In this document: piece by piece, positions 9,335 to 18,940 of the stretch
How the letters are laid out: each line of letters begins with the position of its first letter
How positions within the stretch are numbered: the stretch's first letter is position 1
Origin: Flavobacteriales bacterium
Lineage (GTDB): Bacteria; Bacteroidota; Bacteroidia; Flavobacteriales_C; GCA-002722245
Assembly (NCBI GenBank): GCA_029251005.1
Contig: JAQXEE010000157.1
Location: forward strand, 645 to 64,644
DNA: 64,000 nt
Direction: 5' to 3'
Made by a program: the position numbers and the translations under genes
The notes under the pieces: generated by a model
Told to the model about the DNA's origin: nothing
What the model saw: the letters and a program-made list of their open reading frames with translations, nothing else
Databases searched by the model: none

Positions 9335-11518
9335 TTAAATTTTAAGTTTTAATCCACCATATATTTTTCGTCCGAATACTGGCCCCCAAACTAAGCTTGC
9401 ATCGAAATTTTCGCTAAATGGGTTTGAGTTATCAATAATAGCGTTGGGTTGCTGGTAGTTAAACACGTTTTCTGCCCCGATATAAAATTCCCATTTTTTA
9501 TTAGGATTGAATTTCACTTGTGAATTCGCTAACCAATAAGGATCTGACAAAGCTCCAATTTGCAGGTTGTTTGGATGTTTATTTAAAAGTGGCAATCGAC
9601 TATTACCGTTCCAATTGACTGTTAAATCCCAATTCCATTGTTTATGCAACTCAACTTCTGCGTTTATAAAAGCTCTATGGGAAGGTGTTAATGGATTTTT
9701 TTGAAAGTTTGTTCCGGTAAATTTAGTTTGAACGTCATAGTACCTGTAGGCAACTGTTGTGTTTAAATACTTAGTAGGTTCGGCTTTAAATTGACTCATA
9801 AAGCTATTGGCGTAACTTGCGTTTTTGATGTTATAAAAATTAACTTCATGAGAATTGTTGTCCAAATTGGTAATGAGTTTATTTAAAAAGTCGGTTCGAT
9901 AAAAATCAAAACTTACAGAATACGGATTTTCTTTTATCTTAAACTTTTTCGTGTAGTTTACTCCGTAATTCCATGCTTTTTCCTGCTGGAGATTAGCACT
10001 TAGAATAATTTTCCTTGAACTAGCAAATACCCCTAGATTTTCTAAGAATGGATTTGGGTTTTTAGTTCCCATTCCTCCTGAAAAACGAACAACATTGTTT
10101 TTTGATATTTCCCATCTACAATGCAATCTTGGGGTTAAAATAAGATCCCAAACAGTACTGTAATCTACTCTACCACCCGTTACTAAGGAAAACTTGTTGC
10201 TTGGTTTAAAGGTGTACTCGGCAAATGCACCAATTGTATTCTCATCCCATCCATAATTTAACGTGTCAAAACTGTTGTGAATAGAGTTGTATACATAATT
10301 TACACCTGCTTTAATGGTGTGATTGGAGTTGCGGATGATATCGGCGTAGATCCAATTAGCATAAAACTTTTGTTCAGCTGCAGATAGTGCTGAATTCCCA
10401 AAAACAAAATCTTTTTGATCAGTAAAAGCATGCAGTTGTAACCCTGTACTTCTCCCTGGTGAGTTAAAAACGTAGCCTATTTTGCTCCAAGACTCTGCTT
10501 TTTGTTGTTTATTGGTGAAAATGTACCTGGAGGTTGTGTTTGGCATTTGACCACTTTCTTTATCTAAATAGTCGAATTTTACACTTCCTTTAAATGTCCA
10601 ATTTGAACTATCGGATAGGGACTCCCAAGTGTTCATTAAAACTATTTTTTCTCCTACTTGATTATCCATGAATTCATCACTGTTATTATCCATAGCGATA
10701 GATCCTGCATCTGCTTGAACAAAAAAGCCTGAATTAATAGTTTTGGTTACTTTGAAATTGGTAATGGCATTCAGTTCAACTTTCGTTGCTGAATTACCAT
10801 AAACGTTCAGAAATAGCTTTTCTTCGTTATTTAGAACTTTATATTCCGTATTAATTTGACCGGCGATTGAATTGTATCCGTTTACAACAGACCCCGTGCC
10901 TTTTACTAATTGAATAGATTCTAGCCACTGCCCTGGAATAAACTCCAGTCCTGTTAAAGCTGAGTTTCCTGTTGCTGTAGGGATATTTCCATTGGAAATA
11001 AGGGAATATGGTCCCGCTAGTCCAAGGAGTTGAATTTGCTTGGTCCCTGATATTGCATCTGTAAATGAAACATCAACTGTAGGATTGGTTTCAAAGCTTT
11101 CGGATAAATTACAGCAAGCTGCTTTACCCAATTCTTTTTGACTTAATTCCTCCACTTTTATAGTGGTATACATGTTAATACTGGTTGAAGGCTTTTCGAT
11201 TTTTATTTTAACAACATCAATACTGTTATTGTTGTCTTCCTCTAGGTTAACTATTATTTGAGATTCGTTTGTTATTTCAAATTTTCGTGTTGTAAATCCA
11301 GTGTAATCAATAACAAGAATATTTACGACTGTATCTTTTATAATATTGAACGCACCAGACAAGTCTGTGATAACGGCATCATTCGTACCTTCCCAGTAAA
11401 CAACTGCTCCAACTATAGGTTCGCCAGATTTAACATTTAAGATTTCCCCTCTTAATAAAAGGGTTTGTGCTTGTAGCATATTTGCTATAAGTACAAAAAT
11501 AACAAGAAGTAATCTCAT
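9335..11518 (-). CDS. TonB-dependent outer-membrane receptor with an N-terminal carboxypeptidase-regulatory-like domain
   Basis: Signal peptide, CarbopepD_reg-like start (LLLRGEILNVKSGEPIVGAVVYW), plug and beta-barrel regions. Start codon overlaps the stop of the HMA gene upstream of it (coupled). Confidence 0.8.
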   Translation of the reverse strand: MRLLLVIFVLIANMLQAQTLLLRGEILNVKSGEPIVGAVVYWEGTNDAVITDLSGAFNIIKDTVVNILVIDYTGFTTRKFEITNESQIIVNLEEDNNNSIDVVKIKIEKPSTSINMYTTIKVEELSQKELGKAACCNLSESFETNPTVDVSFTDAISGTKQIQLLGLAGPYSLISNGNIPTATGNSALTGLEFIPGQWLESIQLVKGTGSVVNGYNSIAGQINTEYKVLNNEEKLFLNVYGNSATKVELNAITNFKVTKTINSGFFVQADAGSIAMDNNSDEFMDNQVGEKIVLMNTWESLSDSSNWTFKGSVKFDYLDKESGQMPNTTSRYIFTNKQQKAESWSKIGYVFNSPGRSTGLQLHAFTDQKDFVFGNSALSAAEQKFYANWIYADIIRNSNHTIKAGVNYVYNSIHNSFDTLNYGWDENTIGAFAEYTFKPSNKFSLVTGGRVDYSTVWDLILTPRLHCRWEISKNNVVRFSGGMGTKNPNPFLENLGVFASSRKIILSANLQQEKAWNYGVNYTKKFKIKENPYSVSFDFYRTDFLNKLITNLDNNSHEVNFYNIKNASYANSFMSQFKAEPTKYLNTTVAYRYYDVQTKFTGTNFQKNPLTPSHRAFINAEVELHKQWNWDLTVNWNGNSRLPLLNKHPNNLQIGALSDPYWLANSQVKFNPNKKWEFYIGAENVFNYQQPNAIIDNSNPFSENFDASLVWGPVFGRKIYGGLKLKI

Positions 11519-11520
11519 GA

Positions 11521-11874
11521 TTATTCCAACTCTATTGGATTACATGCTCCTTTTACTTTACAACAATGAGGAAGAGCTTCATAGCCAGTCTCAGTTGCAG
11601 CTATTTTATCGGTTTTATAACCCATTTCGGAAATGGCCTTGTGAATTGAATCCAGATTCGTTTTTGTTGTTTTGTATTTTACTGTGATAATTTTAGATTC
11701 AATGTTCCATTTTGCAAATGAAACACCATTGATAGATTTTGCAGCCTTTTCGATTCGCTGTTTACACATTTCACAATTTCCATCTACTTTAAAAGTAGAT
11801 GATTCAACTGTAGTTTGTGCTTTAGAATTGACTGAGCATAATAGAACTAATAAACTTAAAAATAGATTTTTCAT
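11521..11874 (-). CDS. Periplasmic heavy-metal-associated (HMA) domain protein
   Basis: Signal peptide plus the GNCEMCKQRIE (GMxCxxC) HMA motif. Extra C-terminal Cys cluster HCCKVKGACNP. Confidence 0.75.
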   Translation of the reverse strand: MKNLFLSLLVLLCSVNSKAQTTVESSTFKVDGNCEMCKQRIEKAAKSINGVSFAKWNIESKIITVKYKTTKTNLDSIHKAISEMGYKTDKIAATETGYEALPHCCKVKGACNPIELE

Positions 11875-11925
11875 GACTGTTTGTTTTTAATGGATAATTT
11901 GATGCTTTCAGATAAATAGAGCGCA

Positions 11926-12306
11926 TCAGCCATAAAAACAAAATTGAGAATTTAGGATATATAATTTTCTACTAGGTGGGGAAGAATCACTGCAATGTAA
12001 GCTGGATTCATGTTGCTTAAATGTGATAAATTCTTGTGGTATTTGGGAATTGAAAAATGAAGTAAAGAAAAGAGTTGGGGATTCAATTTTAAACTCTTGG
12101 CTAATTTGATCTTGTTCACCTTCGATTGCTACATGAACATCTTCACATCCATTGCATTTTTTGTCTTCCATACCTCCACAATGCGTATCATTATGTGAGA
12201 ATGAAATATCCATGATCTCATCATGACAAAAGTGAATGGCAAGGTGGACGTTTAAGCTTAAAAGCAAAAATGAAGTTCCTAACAATATGCCAAACAGTTG
12301 TTTCAT
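11926..12306 (-). CDS. Small secreted His/Cys-rich protein (putative metal-binding)
   Basis: Signal-peptide-like start MKQLFGILLGTSFLLL. Mature region HFCHDEIMDISFSHNDTHCGGMEDKKCNGCEDVH. The ORF extends to 12345, but the start at 12306 gives a canonical signal peptide. Confidence 0.45.
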   Translation of the reverse strand: MKQLFGILLGTSFLLLSLNVHLAIHFCHDEIMDISFSHNDTHCGGMEDKKCNGCEDVHVAIEGEQDQISQEFKIESPTLFFTSFFNSQIPQEFITFKQHESSLHCSDSSPPSRKLYILNSQFCFYG

Positions 12307-12358
12307 GACAATTCTAAAGTTAAATAAAATGAAATTAATTCTCAATTATGGACCAGTT

Positions 12359-12383
12359 AAAAAAACCTAAAAAAGCGTTTAGG
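12359..12383 (-). terminator. Rho-independent terminator on the minus strand (CCTAAA/TTTAGG + T7)
   Basis: Lies downstream of the lipoprotein gene stop at 12421. The plus-strand A7 run equals a minus-strand T-run. Confidence 0.5.
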
Positions 12384-12420
12384 GGACTAGTTTTTTAAAA
12401 GTGATGGCTCAATTAAAATT

Positions 12421-13041
12421 TTATTGAATGTATTTAACTACGTACTTAACCGTTGGGGGATTGATTATTGTGTCGTTTAATCCTGTTTCTGCATCTGTTT
12501 GAATCGAAAAGTCTTCATCTGGGAAATTATAATCTAAAGTAAAAATCGTAACCGAATTATCTTTAGTGTCAACCTTATTCCAAACAAGGGTATAATCTGT
12601 GTTAGTAACAGAATTACCGTATTTTCCAGAAAGATATGCTCTCAATTCAAAGTATAATGAATCAACTAGTATTGCATTTTCTGCTTTATCTAAACCGCCC
12701 GGAATAACTTCCGTTACAACTTTGTCAATAATATTCCCTTCCGTAAAATGATATTCTATATCAGCCCAATAATCAATAGTAAGATCAGGTGTGTAGTTTG
12801 TGTAAAAAGTTGTTTTATCAACGAAATCTTCTTCTTTTTCATTAACAGCTTTTAATGGATTACCTGCTTGTAGTCCTCTGATGTGGCTTTTATCGTTTTG
12901 AACAAGATTTTGCAATTGTACACTACAATCTTTTAGATTAATAGTTGGAGGTAACTCAGGACAAACAGTTTCCTCACATTTTGGACTACATCCAATAAGT
13001 AACGTTGAAACACAAATACCAACAAATAATTGTTTAATCAT
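12421..13041 (-). CDS. Hypothetical lipoprotein
   Basis: MIKQLFVGICVSTLLIGCS lipobox. The ORF could start at 13131, but 13041 gives the canonical lipoprotein signal. Confidence 0.5.
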   Translation of the reverse strand: MIKQLFVGICVSTLLIGCSPKCEETVCPELPPTINLKDCSVQLQNLVQNDKSHIRGLQAGNPLKAVNEKEEDFVDKTTFYTNYTPDLTIDYWADIEYHFTEGNIIDKVVTEVIPGGLDKAENAILVDSLYFELRAYLSGKYGNSVTNTDYTLVWNKVDTKDNSVTIFTLDYNFPDEDFSIQTDAETGLNDTIINPPTVKYVVKYIQ

Positions 13042-13893
13042 AACTCCTAATTTTAATAATACCCTTTGTATGTAAAATAGGTTAAAATGTTTCAAAAATA
13101 TATTTTTATTTAATTTTTTAACGAGTAACAAAATTAGGTTTTACTAAAGTTTGAGCATAATCAGTTTGAAATACAGCCTTTTTTCTTATCAACTCCAATT
13201 TATTGTTTGAAAAATGATTTAATTTTTTATTTCAGAGTAGTAAAGTGTTTTTTCGATGAGATTGTACGAAAAAGAAATTATTTAATGATTTTGAAGCTGC
13301 CGTTAATCTTCTGAGGGAGTTTTAATTCGAATTTATTCCTTTGTAAATTTAATTACTTTTAGGATAGGTCTTGAACTGCTTGATTTCATAGCTAACTTTA
13401 ATCAATCTATTATAAATTAGTTCCATTGTTTAATGAAAGATATTGGCTGTATGGTAAATTTAATTTAATGTGCTTAAGCTATCTATTTAGAATCGTATCC
13501 AATTCTTATTTGTCTTTTTTCCAGTTTCTTGTAGAATGAGTTTTAAAATATTGAAAGCAGAATTTAGAATAAGAGAGATTTATATTTTTGGTATTTAATC
13601 GATAAATTGAGTTAAATGTAAATATGTTTTCATTCCATAATTTGCATTTTTTGCAATTCTGTAGTATTCAAAGCATCTCTTTTTACATTTTTTGCAAATA
13701 TTATTTTTTTTAGTTCCGAAATCAATAATATTTTTCTTGAGTAGGCCATTAGTTTTGAATACTCAAGGTTTAAGAAAAGTTTTTACAACTCAAAAGCTTG
13801 TTAGGGAAAACATGTTAATTCGAGTTTTAAAAAAACGCAAGAAATTCAAAATCCCTTTTTACAATCTTAACCTATTAGAGTTGACTATTGTAG

Positions 13894-13923
13894 CCCCCCT
13901 TTAAAATAGGGGGGATTTTTTTT
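13894..13923 (+). terminator. Strong intrinsic terminator (CCCCCCT/AGGGGGG + T8) at the end of a long non-coding region
   Basis: GC-only 7-bp stem in an otherwise AT-rich region. 24 bp upstream of the next start codon. Confidence 0.6.
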
Positions 13924-13946
13924 GGTTTGAAAATAAAAGGGGAATT

Positions 13947-14582
13947 ATGAAAAACGAAACGTTTTTAAAGACAAAATTAAGTCTTAGAAAAAAAGCGATT
14001 GAAGTAAGCGAAAAGTTCAATGTAATTTTTGAAGAATTAGGGTGTGACTTAACAACTAGCAGTAAAAATGACAGTTGGACTATTTCGGAGTCTATCACAC
14101 ATGTTTATTTAGTTAATCAATATTTAATTAAAAAAATTGAAAAGAAGATAGAGTTTCTGCATGCTGGATTATTAAATAATGAAAACGAATATAAAGAGTC
14201 TGACTTGAGTATTGTAAATACAATGTTAAATGTCAGTGTGTTTAATATTAAGAGTTTAAATGAGTTTTCGACAAAATTGAATTATTCTAAGGATGAGTTG
14301 CAACTTAAAATTATTGGGCAGTTTAGAATGTTGTTTAATTTGATTTCCAAAGTTCCATTGGATTTTGTAAACAACTACTTAACAGATATGAAAGTAATTT
14401 CTGGAGTAAGACTAGACGGTTATCAGTTGATTTATTTTGCATTGATCCATTCTGAGCATCATTTAAATCAAATAATTACTGAGGTTTCTATTCATGAGTT
14501 ACTCACAAAGTCAACCAAAAAATTGAAGTATAAAAAGTCAACTAAAAATATTTTGGCTAAAACGCATGGGTTTCCTCATTAA
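13947..14582 (+). CDS. Hypothetical protein, possibly a DinB/YfiT-like four-helix-bundle family member
   Basis: C-terminal ...LIHSEHHLNQIITEV His-rich motif reminiscent of DinB_2. This is a weak assignment. Confidence 0.4.
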   Translation: MKNETFLKTKLSLRKKAIEVSEKFNVIFEELGCDLTTSSKNDSWTISESITHVYLVNQYLIKKIEKKIEFLHAGLLNNENEYKESDLSIVNTMLNVSVFNIKSLNEFSTKLNYSKDELQLKIIGQFRMLFNLISKVPLDFVNNYLTDMKVISGVRLDGYQLIYFALIHSEHHLNQIITEVSIHELLTKSTKKLKYKKSTKNILAKTHGFPH

Positions 14583-14761
14583 AAATATGTTTTACTTGGT
14601 ATTTAGGGTGCTGGAGTGTATATTTTATTCAATTAGAATTTTGATTTAAATTTCAAAAGAGTGACTTGAGGGTTAAAAAATATCAATTATTTGTTTAATA
14701 TTACAAATCGTTATACTGTTCCAATTGTCGTAATTTAAAATATTAAAAAAGCTAAAATAAC

Positions 14762-14989
14762 ATGGAAGCTACTTTGGAGAAAATTGATCTTGCTATTAAG
14801 ATTGGAGAAAACATTAAGAAAATAAGAAGTACAAAGGGTTTAAACCAATCTCAACTTGCAAAGGCTTGCGGAATGGATCGTCAGCACATGGAAAAAATAG
14901 AAAACGCAAAGGTTAGTGCAAATATTTACACATTATACGTTATATCTGAAGCATTAAAGGTTAAAATGGCCGAATTAGTTAATGTTTAA
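14762..14989 (+). CDS. XRE-family helix-turn-helix transcriptional regulator (75 aa)
   Basis: IRSTKGLNQSQLAKACGMDRQHMEKIENAKVSANIYTL is a classic HTH_3 motif. Confidence 0.75.
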   Translation: MEATLEKIDLAIKIGENIKKIRSTKGLNQSQLAKACGMDRQHMEKIENAKVSANIYTLYVISEALKVKMAELVNV

Positions 14990-15023
14990 TGTGCGGAATT
15001 ATTAGCTCAGGGCTTTTTTCTCT

Positions 15024-18000
15024 CTATTCTACATTAGGGCCAATTAATCTAGCTTTAATCTCTCGCAATCTTTCGATTTTACCGGCCCTTCTTGTCTTTA
15101 CACATGTTTTTGTGAAGTATTTATGAGCTTCAAGAAATTTAATTTGAATAGGATCCCATTGGTTTAAATTTTTAAGTAATTTCATATCAACGAGCTCTTG
15201 TGCTAACGAATCAGAAATTATGTCAAATTCTTCCTTACTCCTTCCTAAATAATCTAAATCAGCATCGCATAAAACTTCTTCCAGACGATTTTTAGGATCT
15301 TGAGGGATTTTAGTCGCTAAAATCATTCCTTCTACAATTTCAACCTGTGAATCTGTAAAGCCATATCTAGGCAACTCTCTTTTAGCTAAATTTGCACCCT
15401 CAGCCTCATTGTTTTGATATTTATTCAAGAATCCGCTGTCGTGGAATAACGCAGCCACCTTAACTAGCATTAATTCTTCTTCGCTTAAGCCTTCCGATCT
15501 TCCAATTCGTTCAGCAGCTTCCATTACGTCAATTGTATGGTGAGGACCGTGATATTTTAACTTAGATACAAATTTGCTTTGTTCTAATAAATCAATAAAA
15601 TAATTTTTTACATTAAGGAAGTTTTGTTGCGTGTAAACTTTAAAATTCAAAAGTTCAAAAAACTTCCTATTTGGAGTATTGCCTATTTCTTTATCCTTAC
15701 ATAAGTCTGTTTTTATTCGAGTTACATAATACATATCAATAGCCCCTTTGTTTTTAACAGGCAATTTCCCTCTATATTCGCATTCGAAATAATCTTTTAT
15801 GAATTCGTAAGTTGTTCCGGAAACGTTAATAGTACCTGTTTCAGCACTTGTTTCCATACGTGCAGCAGTATTAACAGTGTCACCCCAAACATCGTAAAGG
15901 AACTTTCTTTTCCCAACAACCCCCGCAACTAAAGCGCCTGTATGTAATCCAATTCTTAAATGCCATTGGGGCTTTCCCGTTCCATCTCTAACAGCACGTT
16001 TTTGCTCCATGTATTTTTGAAACTGAAAAGCAGCTAAAACACAATCTACAGGATTTGTTTGATTTCTTATTGGAACTCCTCCAACACACATATAGGCATC
16101 ACCTGAAGTCTTGATTTTCTCAATGTTTAATCTTCCTACGATATCATCAAATTTAGCAAATGAATCATCCAGCTCTGCAACTAATTCTTTTGGACCTAAG
16201 TTTTCAGTAATCTTTGTGAAGTTTTTAAAATCGGCAAACATAACGGTTGCCATTTTATAACTTCTAGGAGTCGCTTTTCCTGTTGAAACCAGCTCCCTTG
16301 CTGTTTCCCTTGGAAGTACGTTCAGTAATACTTCTTCCTCTTTATTTTTCTCTATTTCTAATTCTCTATTCTTTTCTTCCAGAATCCGCTTTTGATTCTC
16401 TACTTCAAGAGTTCGGTTTTTTACTTTATCCTCGAGTAAGTCTCTTTGTATTTTTGCCCGATTAACCCGAACGTATATTGAATAAAAAAGAATGGAACTA
16501 ATTAACACGGATACGATCGTAATAAACCACCACGTTAGGTAAAAAGGAGGTTTTATAACAATGTGAATTCGTTCTTCGCCATAACTCCAAATTCCATCTG
16601 GATTAGCTACTTTAAGAATGAAATAGTAATCCCCTTCCTGTAAATTACTGAAGTTATATATATGTTTCCCTTTTGCAATTTCCCACTCAGTTTGCCAACC
16701 CTCTAATTTGGTTTTAAAAATATTTTCTTTGGGCGAAGAAAAATGTAAAGCATCAACACTTATTGAAAAGGAATTTCTGTAATGTGGAATGACAATAATT
16801 TTTTCATTTGTGCTTTGGTCAATAGAATCTAATTCTAGTAAATTCTCCCCTTTGTAATTAACGGATGAAATGTAAGCTCTTGGTGGGGTTCTGTTTATAC
16901 CTCCTTCAGCAGGACGAACGATGTTATATCCATTAATTCCACCAAAATAAACGTCGTTATTATTATTAGTGTACGAAGCTCCAGAATTGTATTCTAAGCT
17001 TTGTAATCCATCTGAGGGATTGAAATTTTCAAAGGTTTGAGATTTAAAACTGTATTTTGAAAGTCCTCCATTTGTACTTAACCATAAGGCTTCATTAGAC
17101 TTTTCAATGCTGTAAATCGTATTATTTGGCAATCCTTCTTTGGTGGAGAAATGAGTGGATTTTTGTTGTTGAATTTGATATTTTACAAGGCCGCCACCAT
17201 GCAAGCCTAGCCAGATATTATTTTCTGCGTTATTTATAGAGAGACTTAATAAATGTTCAACTTCTGGAAGTGGTTTACTCTTAAAGTTTATCCTGTCTAA
17301 GTTCTCTGTATTTATCATTTTATAAATTCCAGTTGGATAAGCAGTAAAATAGATTTTACCATTTAAAACGGTAAAATCTCGAACGTTTTTAAGCGGCCAA
17401 CTTTTTTTGACAATTAAATTTTGATCACAAATTGTGAGTCTATTCAAACTACCAATCAGTAAAAAGTTTTTAAAGTTTAAAAATTTGAAAACAACATCTT
17501 GCTTATCATCAACGATGATATTGATTGCAATTGAATCAATATGAAAAAGTGAATCTATTTTGTTTAAAAAAAACACTCCTTTTCCTGTTGCAAGGAGTAG
17601 TTTATTTTGATAATTAATTATATCCAGAATAGGGACTGGGAAATCGATCCATTGATATCTCTTTGATGTTTTATTGAAGACCTGAAGCCCATTATCTAAT
17701 CCACTAAGAAGAATGGAATCATTTTCGTGAAAGGCCCAAGTGTTGTCACTCGATTTGGGGGAGTAATTAGAAGGTTTAACCTGAAGAAATTGTTTTTTAG
17801 AAAGATCAATCTTATTCAATCCTTTGTCGGTACCTATCCAAATTATGCCAAACTCGTCTTTAAAAATGCTTCTGACTTTTTGACTAAGTAAATTGTTGGC
17901 CCTGCCATTTGAATGAATTTTTTGGATTTGTTCCTCTGTCTTCGGATTAAAAATAAATAATCCATCATTTTCAGTCCCAAGCCAATAATCATTATCCACT

Positions 18001-18743
18001 TTAATGCAAACGTTAAGATTAGAAGGGAATCTGTAAGATGTTTGATATGTGAAATTATTTTCAAATCTAATGAGACTATCTCCTAGCATTACGTTCACCC
18101 CTTTTTCGTCTAAAAAAAGAGAGGAAATGTTTTGATTGAAGCTTTTTAAAATATTTAGTTTTTTCTCCTTTAATTCAAATAAATGATTTTTGGAGGTAAT
18201 TAATATTTGATTTTTAGATTGATGGATTAAATTGAATCCTCTTTCGTTAGAAATTATGGATACTAATTTTTTGGGCTTTGATAAATCGACTTCATATAAT
18301 CCTTTATTTGAAATTAGGAGTATTTTTTTATTTTTTAAAAGTAATGAACCTTTGATTTTTCCGATTGATTTGTTTTGAAGCGATAAAGGATAATTTTTAA
18401 ATATTTTGGTTGCTGGGTCAAAAATTGATAGGCCAATAGTTGTAGTGAAGCAGATTGAATCTTTACGCCAATTATTTATTTTTATTACATAATTGCTTAG
18501 TATACTTTCTGAATTAAATGGATTTGAATAGAAATTCTCAAATTGGTAACCATTAAACTTTGAAACCCCATCTTGGGTAGCAATCCATAAAAATCCCTTT
18601 TTATCTTGGAAAATAGTTTCAATATTACTTTGAGGTAATCCATCTTCAATGGTAAACTGCTCACATTTCAGTAAATCATAATTATTGGCTCTAGAAACGA
18701 AACTTGCCAGTAGTATTAATAAGAAAAGAATATGATTTTTCAT
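15024..18743 (-). CDS. Multidomain sensor: periplasmic beta-propeller (two-component regulator propeller-like) - TM - coiled coil - class III adenylate cyclase - C-terminal HD-domain phosphohydrolase
   Basis: Signal peptide MKNHILFLLILLASFVSRA. About 700 aa of propeller-like repeats, then TM WWFITIVSVLISSILFYSIYV. Cyclase motifs: MFADFKNFT, KTSGDAYMCVGG, YDVWGDTVNTAARME (adenine-specifying Lys/Asp pair). HD motifs: HGPHHTIDV, LFHDSGF, CDADLDY. The ORF extends to 18779 upstream of the likely start. Confidence 0.8.
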   Translation of the reverse strand: MKNHILFLLILLASFVSRANNYDLLKCEQFTIEDGLPQSNIETIFQDKKGFLWIATQDGVSKFNGYQFENFYSNPFNSESILSNYVIKINNWRKDSICFTTTIGLSIFDPATKIFKNYPLSLQNKSIGKIKGSLLLKNKKILLISNKGLYEVDLSKPKKLVSIISNERGFNLIHQSKNQILITSKNHLFELKEKKLNILKSFNQNISSLFLDEKGVNVMLGDSLIRFENNFTYQTSYRFPSNLNVCIKVDNDYWLGTENDGLFIFNPKTEEQIQKIHSNGRANNLLSQKVRSIFKDEFGIIWIGTDKGLNKIDLSKKQFLQVKPSNYSPKSSDNTWAFHENDSILLSGLDNGLQVFNKTSKRYQWIDFPVPILDIINYQNKLLLATGKGVFFLNKIDSLFHIDSIAINIIVDDKQDVVFKFLNFKNFLLIGSLNRLTICDQNLIVKKSWPLKNVRDFTVLNGKIYFTAYPTGIYKMINTENLDRINFKSKPLPEVEHLLSLSINNAENNIWLGLHGGGLVKYQIQQQKSTHFSTKEGLPNNTIYSIEKSNEALWLSTNGGLSKYSFKSQTFENFNPSDGLQSLEYNSGASYTNNNNDVYFGGINGYNIVRPAEGGINRTPPRAYISSVNYKGENLLELDSIDQSTNEKIIVIPHYRNSFSISVDALHFSSPKENIFKTKLEGWQTEWEIAKGKHIYNFSNLQEGDYYFILKVANPDGIWSYGEERIHIVIKPPFYLTWWFITIVSVLISSILFYSIYVRVNRAKIQRDLLEDKVKNRTLEVENQKRILEEKNRELEIEKNKEEEVLLNVLPRETARELVSTGKATPRSYKMATVMFADFKNFTKITENLGPKELVAELDDSFAKFDDIVGRLNIEKIKTSGDAYMCVGGVPIRNQTNPVDCVLAAFQFQKYMEQKRAVRDGTGKPQWHLRIGLHTGALVAGVVGKRKFLYDVWGDTVNTAARMETSAETGTINVSGTTYEFIKDYFECEYRGKLPVKNKGAIDMYYVTRIKTDLCKDKEIGNTPNRKFFELLNFKVYTQQNFLNVKNYFIDLLEQSKFVSKLKYHGPHHTIDVMEAAERIGRSEGLSEEELMLVKVAALFHDSGFLNKYQNNEAEGANLAKRELPRYGFTDSQVEIVEGMILATKIPQDPKNRLEEVLCDADLDYLGRSKEEFDIISDSLAQELVDMKLLKNLNQWDPIQIKFLEAHKYFTKTCVKTRRAGKIERLREIKARLIGPNVE

Positions 18744-18940
18744 CTTTAACAAAGGTGCAGATAGTTGTTTTAAAAACAAAACAGATATTTTTTATCATTA
18801 CGATATTTTTAATTTGAAGTGGTCCTAATCAATATAATCAATGATACATAGAATAGTTATGATGATTTTGTTTGATTAGATACCCTTTTTTGGGTAATTT
18901 AGTGTATAGTTTAGATTTAGTCTAAATAAAAATAGAACTC

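Noticed and set aside
11258-11440. 60-aa plus-strand ORF inside the TonB receptor gene (the other embedded ORFs of 60-100 aa in the track are of the same kind)
   Set aside because: All are alternate-frame ORFs inside long, motif-supported CDSs. None has independent support.
13645-13697. The two CATTTTTTGCAA copies as a possible CRISPR-like or mobile-element repeat
   Set aside because: Only two copies, an AT-rich context and no spacers of uniform length. They are more plausibly operator/promoter elements or chance. I reported them as a low-level regulatory candidate only.
13692-13904. 70-aa ORF ending inside the GC hairpin terminator
   Set aside because: No convincing start context and it is low complexity. 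I kept it only as an alternative explanation in the non-coding-island finding.
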